Shown: positions 24,632 through 37,255 of the stretch, in pieces
How positions within the stretch are numbered: the stretch's first letter is position 1
Layout: every line of letters begins with the position of its first letter
Made by a program: the position numbers and the translations under genes
Notes under the pieces: generated by a model
Database searches by the model: none
Told to the model about the DNA's origin: nothing
Seen by the model: only the letters and a program-made list of their open reading frames with translations
Source of the DNA: Camelus dromedarius
Taxonomy: Eukaryota
DNA: 64,000 nucleotides
NCBI RefSeq assembly: GCF_036321535.1
Contig: NC_087447.1
Location: 48,548,001 to 48,612,000 of the forward strand
Direction: 5' to 3'

Positions 24632-26354
24632 TTATTTTTTTAAAGTTGAAATATACAGGGTCTTGTCAGTTTCTGGTGTACAGCCTAATGTTTCAGTAAT
24701 ACAAATACATACATATATTCCTTTTCATATTTTTTTATTATAGGTTATTACAAAATATTGAATATAGCTCCTCTGTGCTATACAGAAGAAACTTGTTGTT
24801 TATCTATTTTATATGTAGTAGTTAATATCTGCAAATCTCGAACTCCCAATTTATCCCTTCCAGTGTTAGCTATGGTGGTAATCATATTGCAATATATAAA
24901 TAAAACACCTTGTACCCTCTTTCCCCCTGGTAACTATAAATTTGTTTTCTATATTTGTGAATTTGTTTCTGTTTTTGTTTATTTGTCTTTTTTTTTTAGA
25001 GTCCACATATTAGTGATATTGTATGGTATTTTTCTTTATCTTTTGGGTTTACTTCACTTAGAATGGCGATCTCCAGGTCTATTCATGTTGCTGCAAATGG
25101 CATTATTTTATTCTTTTTTATGGCTGAGTAGTATTCCATTGTATAAATATGTCACAATTTGTTTACTTAGTCATCTGTTGATGGATACTTAGGCTGTTTC
25201 CTTGTCTTGGCTATTGTGAATAGTGCTGCTATGAACATTGGGGTGCAGGTATCTTTTTGAATTAGAGTTCCTTCTGGATATATATACAGGAGTGGGATAG
25301 CTGAAGGGTAAGTCTATTTTTAGTCCTTTGAGGAATCTTCATACTGTTTTCCATAACAACTGCACCAAACTACATTCCCAACAACATTGTAGGAGGGTTC
25401 CCTTTTCTTCACACCCTCTTCAGCATTTATCATTTGTGGACTTTTGAATGATGGCCATTCTGACTGGTGTGAGGTAAAACCTCATTGTAGTTTTGATTTG
25501 CATTTCTCTGATAATTAGCGATATTGAGCATTTTTTCATGTGCCTACTGGCCATTTGTATGTCTTCACTGGAGAATTGCTTGTTTAGGTCTTCTGCCCAT
25601 TTTTGGATTGGGTTGCTTGTTTTTTTGTTATTAAGTTGTAAAGCTGTTTATATATTCTGGAAATTAAGCCCTTGTGAATTGCATCACTTGCAAATACTTT
25701 GTCACATTCTGTAGATGTCTTTTTGTTTTGCTTATGGTTTCCTTTGCTATGCAAGAGCTTGTAAGTTTAAATAGGTCCCATTTATTTTTGCTTTTATTTC
25801 TGTTGCCTTGGTATTCTGCCCTAGGAGAACATTGCTAAGATTTATGTCAGAAAATGTTTTGCCTATGTTTTCTTCTAGGAGGTGTCTTGTCTTATGTTTA
25901 AGTCTTTAAGCCATTTTGAGTTCATTTTTGTGTATGGTGTGAGGGAGCGTTCTAACTTCCTTGATTTACATGTGGCTGTCCAGTTTTCCCAACACCATTT
26001 GCTGAAGAGACTGTCTTTTCTCTGTTGTATATTCTTTCCTCCTTTGTCAAAGGTTGATTGACTGTCAGTCTGTGGATTTATTTCTGGGCTCCCTATTCAG
26101 TTCCATTGATCCATATATCTGGTTTTGTGCCAATACCACACTGTTTTGATTACTGTAGCTTTGTAGTATTGTCTGAAGCCTGGGAGGGTTATTCCTCCAG
26201 CTTCATTATTTTTCTTCAGTATTGCTTTGGTAATTCTGGGTCCTTTGTGATTCAATATAAATTTTAGGGTTATTTGCTCTAGTTCTAGTGAAAAATGTCC
26301 TGGGTAATTTGATACGGATCACATTAAGTCTGTAGATTGCTTTGGGTAGTATCC
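24632..26354 (-). mobile_element. Young 5'-truncated L1 (3'UTR plus end of ORF2), ~1.7 kb
   Basis: Perfect 17-bp TSD gatcttacccatctttc at 24615-24631 and 26355-26371; antisense L1 ORF2 text. Confidence 0.92.
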
Positions 26355-27453
26355 GATCTTACCCATCTTTCAAGATGTATCTCCTTGGGGAAGCTTTCTG
26401 ACCTCAGTTTATATTAGTCACTCTGCAGTACAACACTGAGAGTCTGTGGCACACAACTTAGGACTTCTTTTCTGAAGTTGTGACTAAGTCATAGAACTGA
26501 ATTTCATAAGCCACATTCAACATACTATGGTTGTCTGATGGTCATCCCTAGAATGCAGATTCAGTGTCCTATAATAACACAAGAACTGTCTCCCAACAAA
26601 AATAACCTGTGTATTTTGAGGGCAGGAACTATTGTTCAGAATAAATTGCCTTCGGCATTTAGCTCAGGGTTGTATGCATAGTAAGTGTTCTGTTAGTGCG
26701 TCCTGATCAGTTGATTTGAGGATAATAGTGGGAAGGGACATGATCAGTGAGTGTGAGCTGCAAACTTTCTGGGATGGATTATGAACGTCTTACTAATGAC
26801 AGGTAATGGACTTAGTGTATACCACATATTCCTTTGCATTTGGAGATGCTACTATTAGCAAGGAAGAGAATACATTTGTTTAAAACTATTTTAATTTAAT
26901 CAGTATCTTTTTATCATCCTTAAGATCAGTGAATAATACCTTGTACCTGTTTGGAGTTTACAGAATTATAAATAATGAATGATAAACTTGCCCTCCATTA
27001 CTCTGTGAGGTGAGGGGAGATCTTTTCTCCCACGCTAACAGTGTAGAAACTGAGACTTACAGATGAAGAGATTTTTACAAGGTAATTAGGTAGTATTTAG
27101 TACATTTGAGACTGATACAAACTATCAATTACTTTTTACCTTTTGTGTGCTAGAATCTATACTGAATGCTTCACATTAATCATCTCTAGTTCTCATTTTG
27201 GCTCTGCATTGTAGATATTAGCACTGTTTTACAAGTCAGATGCAGATACTTGCCTATGGTCATACATAAATGTTAGCACTAAAACACACCCAACTCACTT
27301 TTTCCTTGTAATTTTGTATAAGCCCAATTATATGGAGTTTTATGAACTCTAGCAATTTTGTTAGGAGAACAAACTGAGGCACATTGGTCAATAAGGGGTA
27401 TGGCTAAACAGTCTACAACTGAGGAAGACAAACTCCAACAGTCACAACTTCTT

Positions 27454-27836
27454 GCACCTAGCAGATAAATAAGTCCTGGAGATCTGATGCACAGCATAGT
27501 AATTATAGGCGACAATACTGTATTATAAACTTCAAAGCTGCTAAAAGACTAGATCATAATTGTTCCCACCACAAAAAAATAATTATGTGACATGATAGAG
27601 GTGTTAGCTGATGCTATGGTGGTAATCGTATTGCAATATATAAATATAACACTTTGTACACCTTAAACAATGTTGTGTATCAATTATATCAGTAATGGAA
27701 AAATAAGTAAGTGAGTAAATAAATAAATAAATAATAAGTAAATGATGGAAAAATAAATAAATAAATACATTTTTAAAGTGATGGAAAAAATGTTTATAAT
27801 GCCAATTAAACTTAACAACAAAAACAAAAAACCAGG
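27454..27836 (+). mobile_element. L1 3'UTR fragment with a complex A-rich tail
   Basis: TSD cacaacttctt at 27443-27453 and 27837-27847. Confidence 0.8.
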
Positions 27837-28099
27837 CACAACTTCTTACGGACATCTCTGTTTAGCACAATATAAAAAGTTGTGTTTGAAATGATCCTGA
27901 GACATACATAAGAGGTCAGTTGCACCCATTCTGCCCTATAAAGGAAGACAAGTTATGTATATTTATTGGCGATGGGGTTGGAAATCTAATACAAAATGGT
28001 TAAAATACAGAAAAGATAGGGAAAACATTTAAGCTTTGGTCCTTAAAGGAATAAACTTTAGTTGTCCAGGAGATATTCCTTTATACATAAACCTCTCTC

Positions 28100-28950
28100 T
28101 TATTAAAATTGCTTTATTATTCAATGACTTTTGGTATAGTCACAGAGTTGTGCAATCATCACAACAATCTAATTTTAGAACATTTTCATTGCTTTTAAAA
28201 GAAATGTTATACTTACTTGCAGTCACTTCCTATTTCTCTCCAACCTTTCCAGCTCTAGGCAACTACTCATCTATTTCCTGTGTCTACAGACTTTCCTAAT
28301 CTGAACATTTAATATGGATGGAATTATGCAGTATGGGGTATTTCATGACTGGCTTTCACCTTAGCACAATGTTTTCCAAGTTCTTCCTTGTTGTAGCATG
28401 TATCAGTACTTCATTCCTGTTTACGGCTGAATAATATTCCATTGTTTAGATAGACCACGTTTTTAATCTGTTCATCAGTTAATGGACATGTGAGTTATTT
28501 TCACTTTTTGTCTACTTTGAATAATGCTGATATGAACAATTGTGTACAAAATTTTGTGTGGACATAGGTCTTTATTCTCTTGGGTATAAACCTATGAATG
28601 AAATTGTTGGATAGTAACTCTATGTTTAATCATCCGAGAAACAGCCAGACTGTTTTCCAAAGTGCCTGCATCATTTCCCATTCCCACCAGCAGTGTATGA
28701 GGGTTCTGGTTTTTCTACATCTTTGTCAGCACTTGTTACTGTCTTTTTTTTTTTTGATTATAGCCATCCTAGTGGGTATAAAGTAGTATCTTATTGTGGT
28801 TTTGATTTACATTTTCCTAATGACTAGTGATGTTGAGCATCTTTTCATGTGCTTATTGGCCATTTGTATATCTTTGGAGCAATATCTATTCATATCTTTT
28901 GCCCATTTTTAAATAGGATTATTTGTCTTTTCATTATTGAGTTGTCATTT
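28100..28950 (-). mobile_element. Older L1 (L1MB-like) 3' fragment
   Basis: Antisense L1 3'UTR and ORF2-end motifs (cattcccaccagcagtgtatgagggttc). Confidence 0.75.
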
Positions 28951-29037
28951 ACATATGAAATCTAGTATGCGTTTGGGAGGGGCCTGTGAGATTATGCTGT
29001 CTCTGACTGTGGAGCTGACCTCTTAGAAATAGTTTAT

Positions 29038-29320
29038 ACTTGGAGGGCATTATGCTAAGTGAAGTAAGTCAGAGAAAGACAAATACTATATGATATCACT
29101 TATATGTGGAATATAAAAAATACAACAAACTAGTGAATATAACAAAAAAGAAGTAGATTCACAGATATAGAGAACAAACTAGTGCTTACCAGTGGGGAGT
29201 AGGGGCAATTTAGGGGTGGGGGACAGGAGGCACAAACTGTTGGGTGTAAGACTGAAGAATGTGTTGTACAACATAGAGACCATAGCCAATATTTTGTAAT
29301 AACTGTAAATGGAAAGTAAC
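29038..29320 (+). mobile_element. Young L1 3'UTR fragment lacking a poly(A) tail
   Basis: acttggagggcattatgctaagtgaa ... tgatatcacttatatgtggaa. Confidence 0.75.
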
Positions 29321-29390
29321 TTGGGTCTTCTAGTTCTCACTAAACAACCAATTCTATTCTCTATTTCTTACCCCCCAACCAGTGATCTTT

Positions 29391-31170
29391 TTCTTTTTTT
29401 TTTAATTTTGGTTAAAAGGAAAAAAAAACTACATAACATAAAATTTACCATCCTAATAATTTTAAAGTGTGTAGTTCAGTAGTATTAAATATATTCATAC
29501 TTTGTGCAACTAGTCTCCAGAGTTTTCTCATCTTATATAACTGAAACTCTATACCCATTAAACAACTCCCCTTTTTGCCCAGCTCCTAGCCCCGATAATC
29601 ACCATTGAGACTTGTTTCTGTGAATTTCATTATACTTTAGGTACCTCATATAAGTGGAATCACAGTATTTGTGATCATTAGTGATCAATACAAATCAAAT
29701 CAAATGCAAATTAAAATCATAATGAAATATCACTTTGTACCCATTAGGGTGTCTACTATTTAAAAAAAACAAAATAACAAGTATTGGCAAGGATGTGGAG
29801 AAATTGCAACCCTTGTGCTCTGTTGGGGGGATTACAGAATGGTACAACTGTTATCAAAAACAGTATGGCAGTTACTCAAAAAATTAAAAATAGAACTATC
29901 TTATGATCCAGCAATCTCACTTCTGGGTATATAGCCAAAAGAAGTGAAAGCAGAGTCTTGAATAAATATTTGTACATGTTTATAGTAGCTGATCTTTTTC
30001 TTACTCAGTGATGTTGAACACCTTTTCATGTACTTATTGGCTGTTTGTATATCTTTTTTGGAGAAATGTCTGTTCAAGTCCTTTGCCCATTTTTAAATGA
30101 GGTTATTTGATTTTTTTGTTGTTGAGTTATAGGACTTTTTAATATATTCTGGATATTAATTCTTTATCAGATATATGAGTTGCAAATATTTTCTCCCATT
30201 TAGTAGTATGCCTTTTCACTCTGTTGATTGAGTTCTTTGATGCATAAAAATTTTTAAGTTTAGTGTAGTCCATTTATCTATTTTTTACTTTAATTGCCTA
30301 TTCTTTTGGTGTCATAACCAAGAAATCTTTGCTAAGTCAACCAATAAATCATTGCTAAATCCAGTGTCGTGAAAAGTTTCATGAAGCTTCTGCTAGAAGT
30401 TTTATAGTTGTAGGTTCTTATATTTAGGTTTTAATCCATTTGAGTTAAGTTTTGTATATGTTCCAGCTTCATTGTTTTGCATGTGGATATCCAGTTTTCC
30501 CAACACCATTTGTTGAAAAGACTATCCTTTCTTTCCCCATTGAGTCATCTCAGTATCCTTATCAAAGATCATTTGACCATATTATGTGAGGGTTTATTTC
30601 TGGGCCCTGGAGTTTATTCCATTGCTCTGTTTTTGGCTGTCTTTGTACCAGTACTCTGCTGTTTTGATTACTGTTATTTGTGCGTGTGTTTTTGTTTTGT
30701 TTTGCTTTAACAACAAAAAATGTATTGTCTCACAATTCTCAGGGCTAGAAGTCTGAGATCAAGATGTCAGCAGGGTTGGTTTCTTCTGAGTACTGTGAGG
30801 GAAGAATCTGTTCCAGGTCTCTCTCCTTGGCTTATAAATGGCCATTTTCTTTCTATGTCTTCATATCATCTTCCTTCTTTATGTGTCTGTCCAAGGTCCC
30901 TCTTCTTCTTTTTTTTTTTTTTTTATTAAAGTGTAGTTCATTAACAGAATTATATTAGTTTCAGGTATGTAATGTATTTTGAAATCAAAGAGCGTGAGTC
31001 CTCCGATTTTGTTCTTCTTTAAAATTGTTTTGGATGTTTGAGGGTTCCTTAAGATTCCATATGAATTTTAGAATGAATTTTTCTACTTTTGCAAAAAATG
31101 CCATTGGGGTTTCATAGGGATTGTGTTAAATATGCAGATTTCTTTGGGTAGTATGGACATGTTAACCATT
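29391..31170 (-). mobile_element. L1 with an internal inverted segment (29672-29989) and a nested MLT1-like fragment (~30700-30905)
   Basis: Candidate TSD cagtgatcttt at 29380-29390 and 31171-31181; orientation switches are readable in the text. Confidence 0.7.
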
Positions 31171-31977
31171 CAGTGATCTTTAACACAATAGGTGCTGTCT
31201 CATATTCACTTCTAGATTTTCATATTATAGTTGATGCAGTATTCCAATTGTTTATTTAAGTTATAATATTTCAAATTTTTAATGATAAAGAAAAGTATAG
31301 AGAACCTTTTATTTGTTCAGCTTGTATTTTATGAGTGCATACTCTGTGCCTGTCAACTTCATATCGAGATTTAACAGATAGTGACATTTTTGTCATATTT
31401 GTGTCAGATTTACTTTTTTAAATTACTGTTGCAGGAACATTATATCATTGTCATAAATCAAAATAAAAATGCTCTACCAACAAATCAACATATTGTCAGT
31501 TTTCCCTTCCAATTCTTTCTCAAAGTATACCATATTTTTCCAGCAGTAATCCTAACTTAAATGACATGTTGTACTGTTTCTTTCACTTAATATTATATAA
31601 GTATTTTTCCTATACTGTAGTATATTTTTTGCAGTTTTTTTTTGATGATGTATTATTTTTATCAAATGGATATAAATATGAGAAGCTCAATCTTGGCTCT
31701 ACCATTTAAGTTCATGATCTTAAGAAAGTTTCCTAAGTTCACTGAAAGTAATAGAAATAAAAAGTAAACGTCTAATTATCTAAACATGGAAATTATAACA
31801 ATAACCTATGTCACAAGACTGTTAACAAGGATTAAATGTATATTAAAATGTCTGGGGCATGATAACCCCTTAGTAAGTGCTAGTTTCCTCCCCTTTCCTT
31901 TTCCCAGGGACCTAGATTTTATCTTGTTCCACCAGGGGATGCCCTCAGAGACTCAGAACTTGCTCTTATTCCTCCAG

Positions 31978-32107
31978 ACCAAGAAAGACCATCCATATAC
32001 TTGGAGAATTGAACTGGCAAAAACCGAAAAATACTGGGATGGCTGGTTCCGAGGCTTATCCAATCTCTTTCTTAGTTGTCCTATTCCTAAATTGCTGCTC
32101 TTGGCTG
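31978..32107 (+). CDS. PPME1: PPME1 exon 10 (TKKDHPYTWRIELAKTEKYWDGWFRGLSNLFLSCPIPKLLLLA(G))
   Basis: cctccAG acceptor, GTAAGT donor; visible in ORF 31786..32151. Confidence 0.96.
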
Positions 32108-32124
32108 GTAAGTATGTATGTGTA

Positions 32125-32509
32125 TGTATTAATCAGCTTGGGCTGCCATAGCAGAATACCATAGATTGTGTGGTTTAGTCAACAAATTAAATTTTTCACA
32201 GTTCTGCAGGCTGGAAGTCTGAGAGCAGGGTTCCAGCCTGGTCAGGTTCTGCTTAGAGCTTTCTTATTGGCTTGCAAACAACCGTCTCCTCACTGTGTCC
32301 TTACATGGCAGAGAAGGCTAGAGCAATCTCTGGTGTTTATTCTTAAAAGGACACTAATCCTGTCATATGAGGGCCCTACCCTTATGACCATATTTAACCT
32401 TAATTACTTCCTCATTTAACCATAATTGCTTCCATCTCTCCAAATATGGTCACATTGTGAATTAGGGCTTCATCATAAATTTGGGGGGGACACAGTTCAG
32501 TCCATAGCA
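32125..32509 (-). mobile_element. MLT1A-like MaLR solo LTR
   Basis: TG...CA termini (reverse complement starts tgctatggactgaactg); 5-bp TSD gtgta at 32120-32124 and 32510-32514. Confidence 0.85.
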
Positions 32510-32994
32510 GTGTAGGTATATTGTCATCTGAATATGTCTTTGTTAAAACTGCTTACCAAATGGGTAACGACTTCCAAAGTGAAGTACCATCCTCACTCAT
32601 TTGTGCCCTTTCTTCTCCATATGCCAACTCCCTAAACCCAAGTGGAAACATCCACCTAGGATGGCCTAATTCTGGCCTGGCCTCTGTACCTGGTCAAGCC
32701 CAAGTCCTTCTCCTTGAGTGGTATAAGGACATTCTTAGTATAATGGAAATAAAAGTAAAACCCTGTTTTCAGAAACCAGTTAAAACAAGCAAAGTGACTA
32801 CAGGGAGACTCAGCGTATAAAGCTTCATGTGATGAGAATATACCCTCAGGGAGTTAGGATTGGCATTAACACGAATTGAGAATGTCATCATGTTTACAAA
32901 TTTGTAACAATTTTTACTTCATACTTGAACAACAAAGCCTGTTTCATATAGCCTTTTCTAGGAAGCTACTTATGGATTCACTTATTTGTTCTAG

Positions 32995-33039
32995 GTGTTG
33001 ATAGATTGGATAAAGATCTGACTATTGGCCAAATGCAAG
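32995..33039 (+). CDS. PPME1: PPME1 exon 11 (VDRLDKDLTIGQMQ(G))
   Basis: ttctAG acceptor, GTAAGT donor. Confidence 0.96.
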
Positions 33040-36000
33040 GTAAGTCATGAAGAAATTATGTCCCTAGGTCCCCTGAGGGCAGAGAAATGGGCTGACTCAT
33101 GTGGAAATCAATGTTCTAAGATGGTGAGACGCACTTGAGAGAGCACAAGCTTAGAGTTAGACCCAGATTTGACATTCACCTCTGCTTCTGACCCACCATA
33201 TGGTTATGGGCAAGTATTTCCCTTTTCTGAACTTTAGTTTTGTTTTTCTCCAACTGAAAATAGGACTCATACTACCACATATGCCTCAGAGTTGTAAGGA
33301 TTAAAGTGAGGCAATGTCTTTGAAAGGGGCATTATAAACTATAAAGTACTCCATACAGATATATAATATTGTGAAAGGAGATATTCTGAACACAGATCAG
33401 TATTTTTTATTATTGTTAGAATTCTTAGGAAAGGGAAAGGCCCAAGATAATCCAGATACAAAAAGGTATAATCTCTTTTTAGAAGACGGCATAATGAGAT
33501 GGTAAAAGCAAGGGCTCTGAGATTGGGAGAACTGGGTTTGAGTACTGCTTCTTTCCTACTAATTTTTTTACCCTGGGCAAGTTACTTGACCTGCCTTAGT
33601 TTTAGTTTTCTCAATCTATAAAATGAGAAAATTGATGGCAACCTCACAAGGATTGCGAGGTATAATGAGTAGGAAAGTGACATGTTGTGCTCAGGTCCAG
33701 GTTTGTTGGCTAGATGACTGTGGAAGCAGTAGAACCAGTTTCATAGAAGCTCTTAGTTTAGTACAGATGAAAGGCTTGGTGAAGGTAAAGTCAATGGGCA
33801 TTAGCAACATTGGGTTATAGGAAGAAGAGGTGCCAACTTCAATGGCAAATTTTCAGGCTTAAGCAAATTCTGTTCTTGACTTTCCTTCTTTTCTACTTAC
33901 TCTTCCTGGGCAATCTCACGTCTCCTGTTTACATCCTGATAACTCCCAGAGCTAAACATCTGACTCAAACATCTCTCCTGAACTCCATACCTGGTCCATA
34001 TATCAAACCTGCTGGAAATCTCTACTTGGATGTTTCATGGGTCCCTCAAACTGTTCTTTTAGCTGTCCTCAAGCTCTCCATAGAGAAGGGGGCTATATTC
34101 CTTGATAATAGTTGTTCAGAGGCCCCTGAATGATTTAGTGAACTCTGGCCCAAGATCCTCATCCCCTTCCCTTCCCCCAACTACATAGTGTCCTGAGGCC
34201 TTGAGCAGGACCATGGGCTGGGGCTATGTGATTTTTATGGCACTGATATTGGTAATTCTGAGCTTAGACATTTTTCCTTGAATTCAATCAAGCAGACCTT
34301 TTCTCAGCACTCTTTCTGTATAAAACCTATGCTTGATGCTGGCCCACAGAGGAATCAGACATGACCCTGATTGTATCTGAAAGCAGTTAATCTCAATTGA
34401 AATAGTATTTGGAACCAGTGTTGATCACCAGCCTTGGAAGCAGATAGTCCTGGGTTTGAATCACTCTTACTGGTTTTTTGGCCTGAATGAATTACTAATT
34501 TCTTTCATTCTGAGTTTCTTCATCTATAAAATGGAGATAATGAAATATCTCAATACAATTGCATATTGGGGAAGTAAGATAAATGATGGCTTCATTGTGT
34601 CCAGGAGGCACTCACAATTCCTCATTAGTTGCCCCCACTGTATCCCCAGTAAGGATTATGCCAAAACCACCTTCTCTTTCAGAGCATCCTATGAGTAAGT
34701 ATAGAGAGTAAATGGCTGGGATGAGGGATGACTTAAAACAAAAGGAGATGTCTAAGTCAGTATAGATTCCAAACCACAGCCTTCCCAGCACTGTGTTTAA
34801 ACCAGCTGAATAAGTTATTGAATCCTAGAAACCCAGCATTCATTCATAATGCAACTTTGGTGAATAACTTAGGCTCGCTGAACCTAAAGTTCCTTATCTG
34901 TAAGATTGCTGGGGGTGGAGGGGTGGAAATATGCCCACTTCATACAATAATTGTGAGGATTATGCATGATTATGTTATTTTATGTGTACTGGGCACAGTG
35001 ATGTTAGGATGTGTGAGTTCTCCCTGATTCCTTATACACACTCTTCCAAAGAGGAATGAAAAATGCATCTCTAGTCTTCAAGGTCAGGGTGGTTTGAGTT
35101 GTAAGCTTGATCAGGTTATTTGCTCAATCGTTCAGTCATCCAAGTCTTACTGAGCACTTACTCAATGTCTAGCCCTGCGTTGTGCCCTATTAAGAACATA
35201 GAGCAAGGAATGATACTAACCCTATTCTGATGGAAATGACACTCCTGGGGAGGCAAGCACCAGTGGCATATAGTTAATAGCTTAAGAACAAGAGGGGCAC
35301 AAGCTGCTGTGTGTTTGGATCAAAATGCATTACATTAGGAGATACAAGGGAGAGACTAGGTTAGAACACCAAGAGGCAGCTTACTGCAAGAGGAGGAGCA
35401 TAAGCTGTATCTTACTGGGTAGGATGGTCTTATAGTTCCTCTGCTAACTAATTAAGCGGCCTTGGAAAAATCACTTCACTAATCATGGCCTCAGTTTCAT
35501 CATCTCAAAAAAGAATTTCAGTATTTGTCCTGCTTAATTTTATAGGGTGAATTTGAGAAGCAATGTAAAAAATGGATAGATAAGTATTTTGAAATTTTTT
35601 TAAAGCACTGTGTAACTGGTGTAAGAATCACAGAATGTGATAGCCAGAAGGACTTCCAGAGCTTACTCCCTTATTTGTAAATGGAGACACTGAGGCTCTG
35701 AGAATCTGCTCTCTCTACCTATGGGAGCTCTGGGTCCCATACTCTTTAGTCTGCTTAAAGGTCTTGCTTTATCAGTCATCTCTGTTGACTCTTAATAGCT
35801 ATCATGTTAGTTGTGAGCTTACAGTGTTCTGTAAGACAGTGTGAGAAAGTGCTTAGTACTGTGTCTGGCACATAGTTAAGCATTCAAATGGTAACTTATT
35901 ATAATAATAAATCTAAAAATCCTTAAAATAGCTTACAAACCGTTGACGGTATGGTCTCTGTTTACCTCTCCAGCCTCATTGTTAACTCTGGTCTTCATGA

Positions 36001-36495
36001 GCATCAGAATTTTTCTTTCCAGGAGTAAATACCATTTTGTCTTCCTTTTCTTTGTGTATGCTATTTTTTTCTGTGTGGGAAGCCTTCTTGGATTCCTGTT
36101 TGATTGCAAAGCCACCTTCCTGTGTTCTTTCAGTTCCATGTGCTCAGTGTTATCATAGGAACTACATACTGCATTAAATTACTGGTTTTTATGTTTTGCT
36201 CTCCCACTAGACTATAGTGCAAACAGGAACTGTTTCTTCCTGTGTCTGGCCCAAAGTAAATGCAAACTAAATAGTTGCAGAAGGAAAAAGTGAAGGGAAA
36301 ATGATTTGCTCAAAGTTACAATTTCAAGTATTACTATCTTCTTCAAAGACTTGCTAATTGGGTCCAGAGTGTGGGTGGGAGTGGGATGGGGGATGGCGAG
36401 GTCCTGGCCTCCTGGAGTCACCTCTGAGGCTGCAGAGATGGTAAGGATAGGGCTGTTTTAGTCCCTGAGATGGCTTTGGCTTGCTTCTTCCCCAG

Positions 36496-36560
36496 GAAAA
36501 TTCCAGATGCAGGTCCTACCCCAGTGTGGCCACGCAGTCCATGAGGATGCTCCAGACAAG
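36496..36560 (+). CDS. PPME1: PPME1 exon 12 (KFQMQVLPQCGHAVHEDAPDK), with the catalytic His
   Basis: ccccAG acceptor, GTGAGT donor, CGHAVHED motif. Confidence 0.96.
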
Positions 36561-37187
36561 GTGAGTCTGGTGCTTGATGACTCTAAAAGGACTACTGTAA
36601 GGGTAACCTTGGATCTCACAGAAGATAGAACAAGCCTCTGAGTCAGCCTGTGTTGTCTGCAGCAGCTGCTGTGGGGCTTAAACAGATGCAACTCCACCAG
36701 CTTCCCAGACCTCTCCCTGGCGGTTGCTTGTGGTCTTGGTTTTCTGTGTATGGGCTGAGGAGTTATTGGCACCCAGGTTTTTCAACCCAGGGCCCTTTGG
36801 TTAAGATTGTAAGCTCTACTTTTCCATTACCACTGAAATCCAGATGGAAGAAGGGATAATTGGGGTAGAAACTGCTCCCTAAACCACAGTCACAGTTAAG
36901 ATTTAATATCCTCCTATAGGAAAAATGTGCTTTGTAACTCTAAGGGGATAAATAAGCCTTCACATCATTCCTGTTGACTTCTCTGGAGCCATCCCTGGCA
37001 AGGATGATAGGGGAAGAGTCTCCTATCCCTGCCAGGACCCAGGTCCTTTTGATTTCAAGCTTCCCAGACGTATGGGACCCATGAATCCACTGTAGAGCCT
37101 GGTCTTCCAACAGAAGCCCACAGAACCTCCATGGCTGAGCCCCACTGCTACCCTTCACATGGCCTGGAGTATCTCTCCCTTTTCCAG

Positions 37188-37255
37188 GTAGCTGAAGCTG
37201 TTGCCACTTTCCTGATCCGGCATAGATTTGCAGAGCCCATCGGTGGATTCCAGTG
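37188..37255 (+). CDS. PPME1: PPME1 exon 13 (VAEAVATFLIRHRFAEPIGGFQ(C))
   Basis: tttccAG acceptor, GTAAGT donor. Confidence 0.96.
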
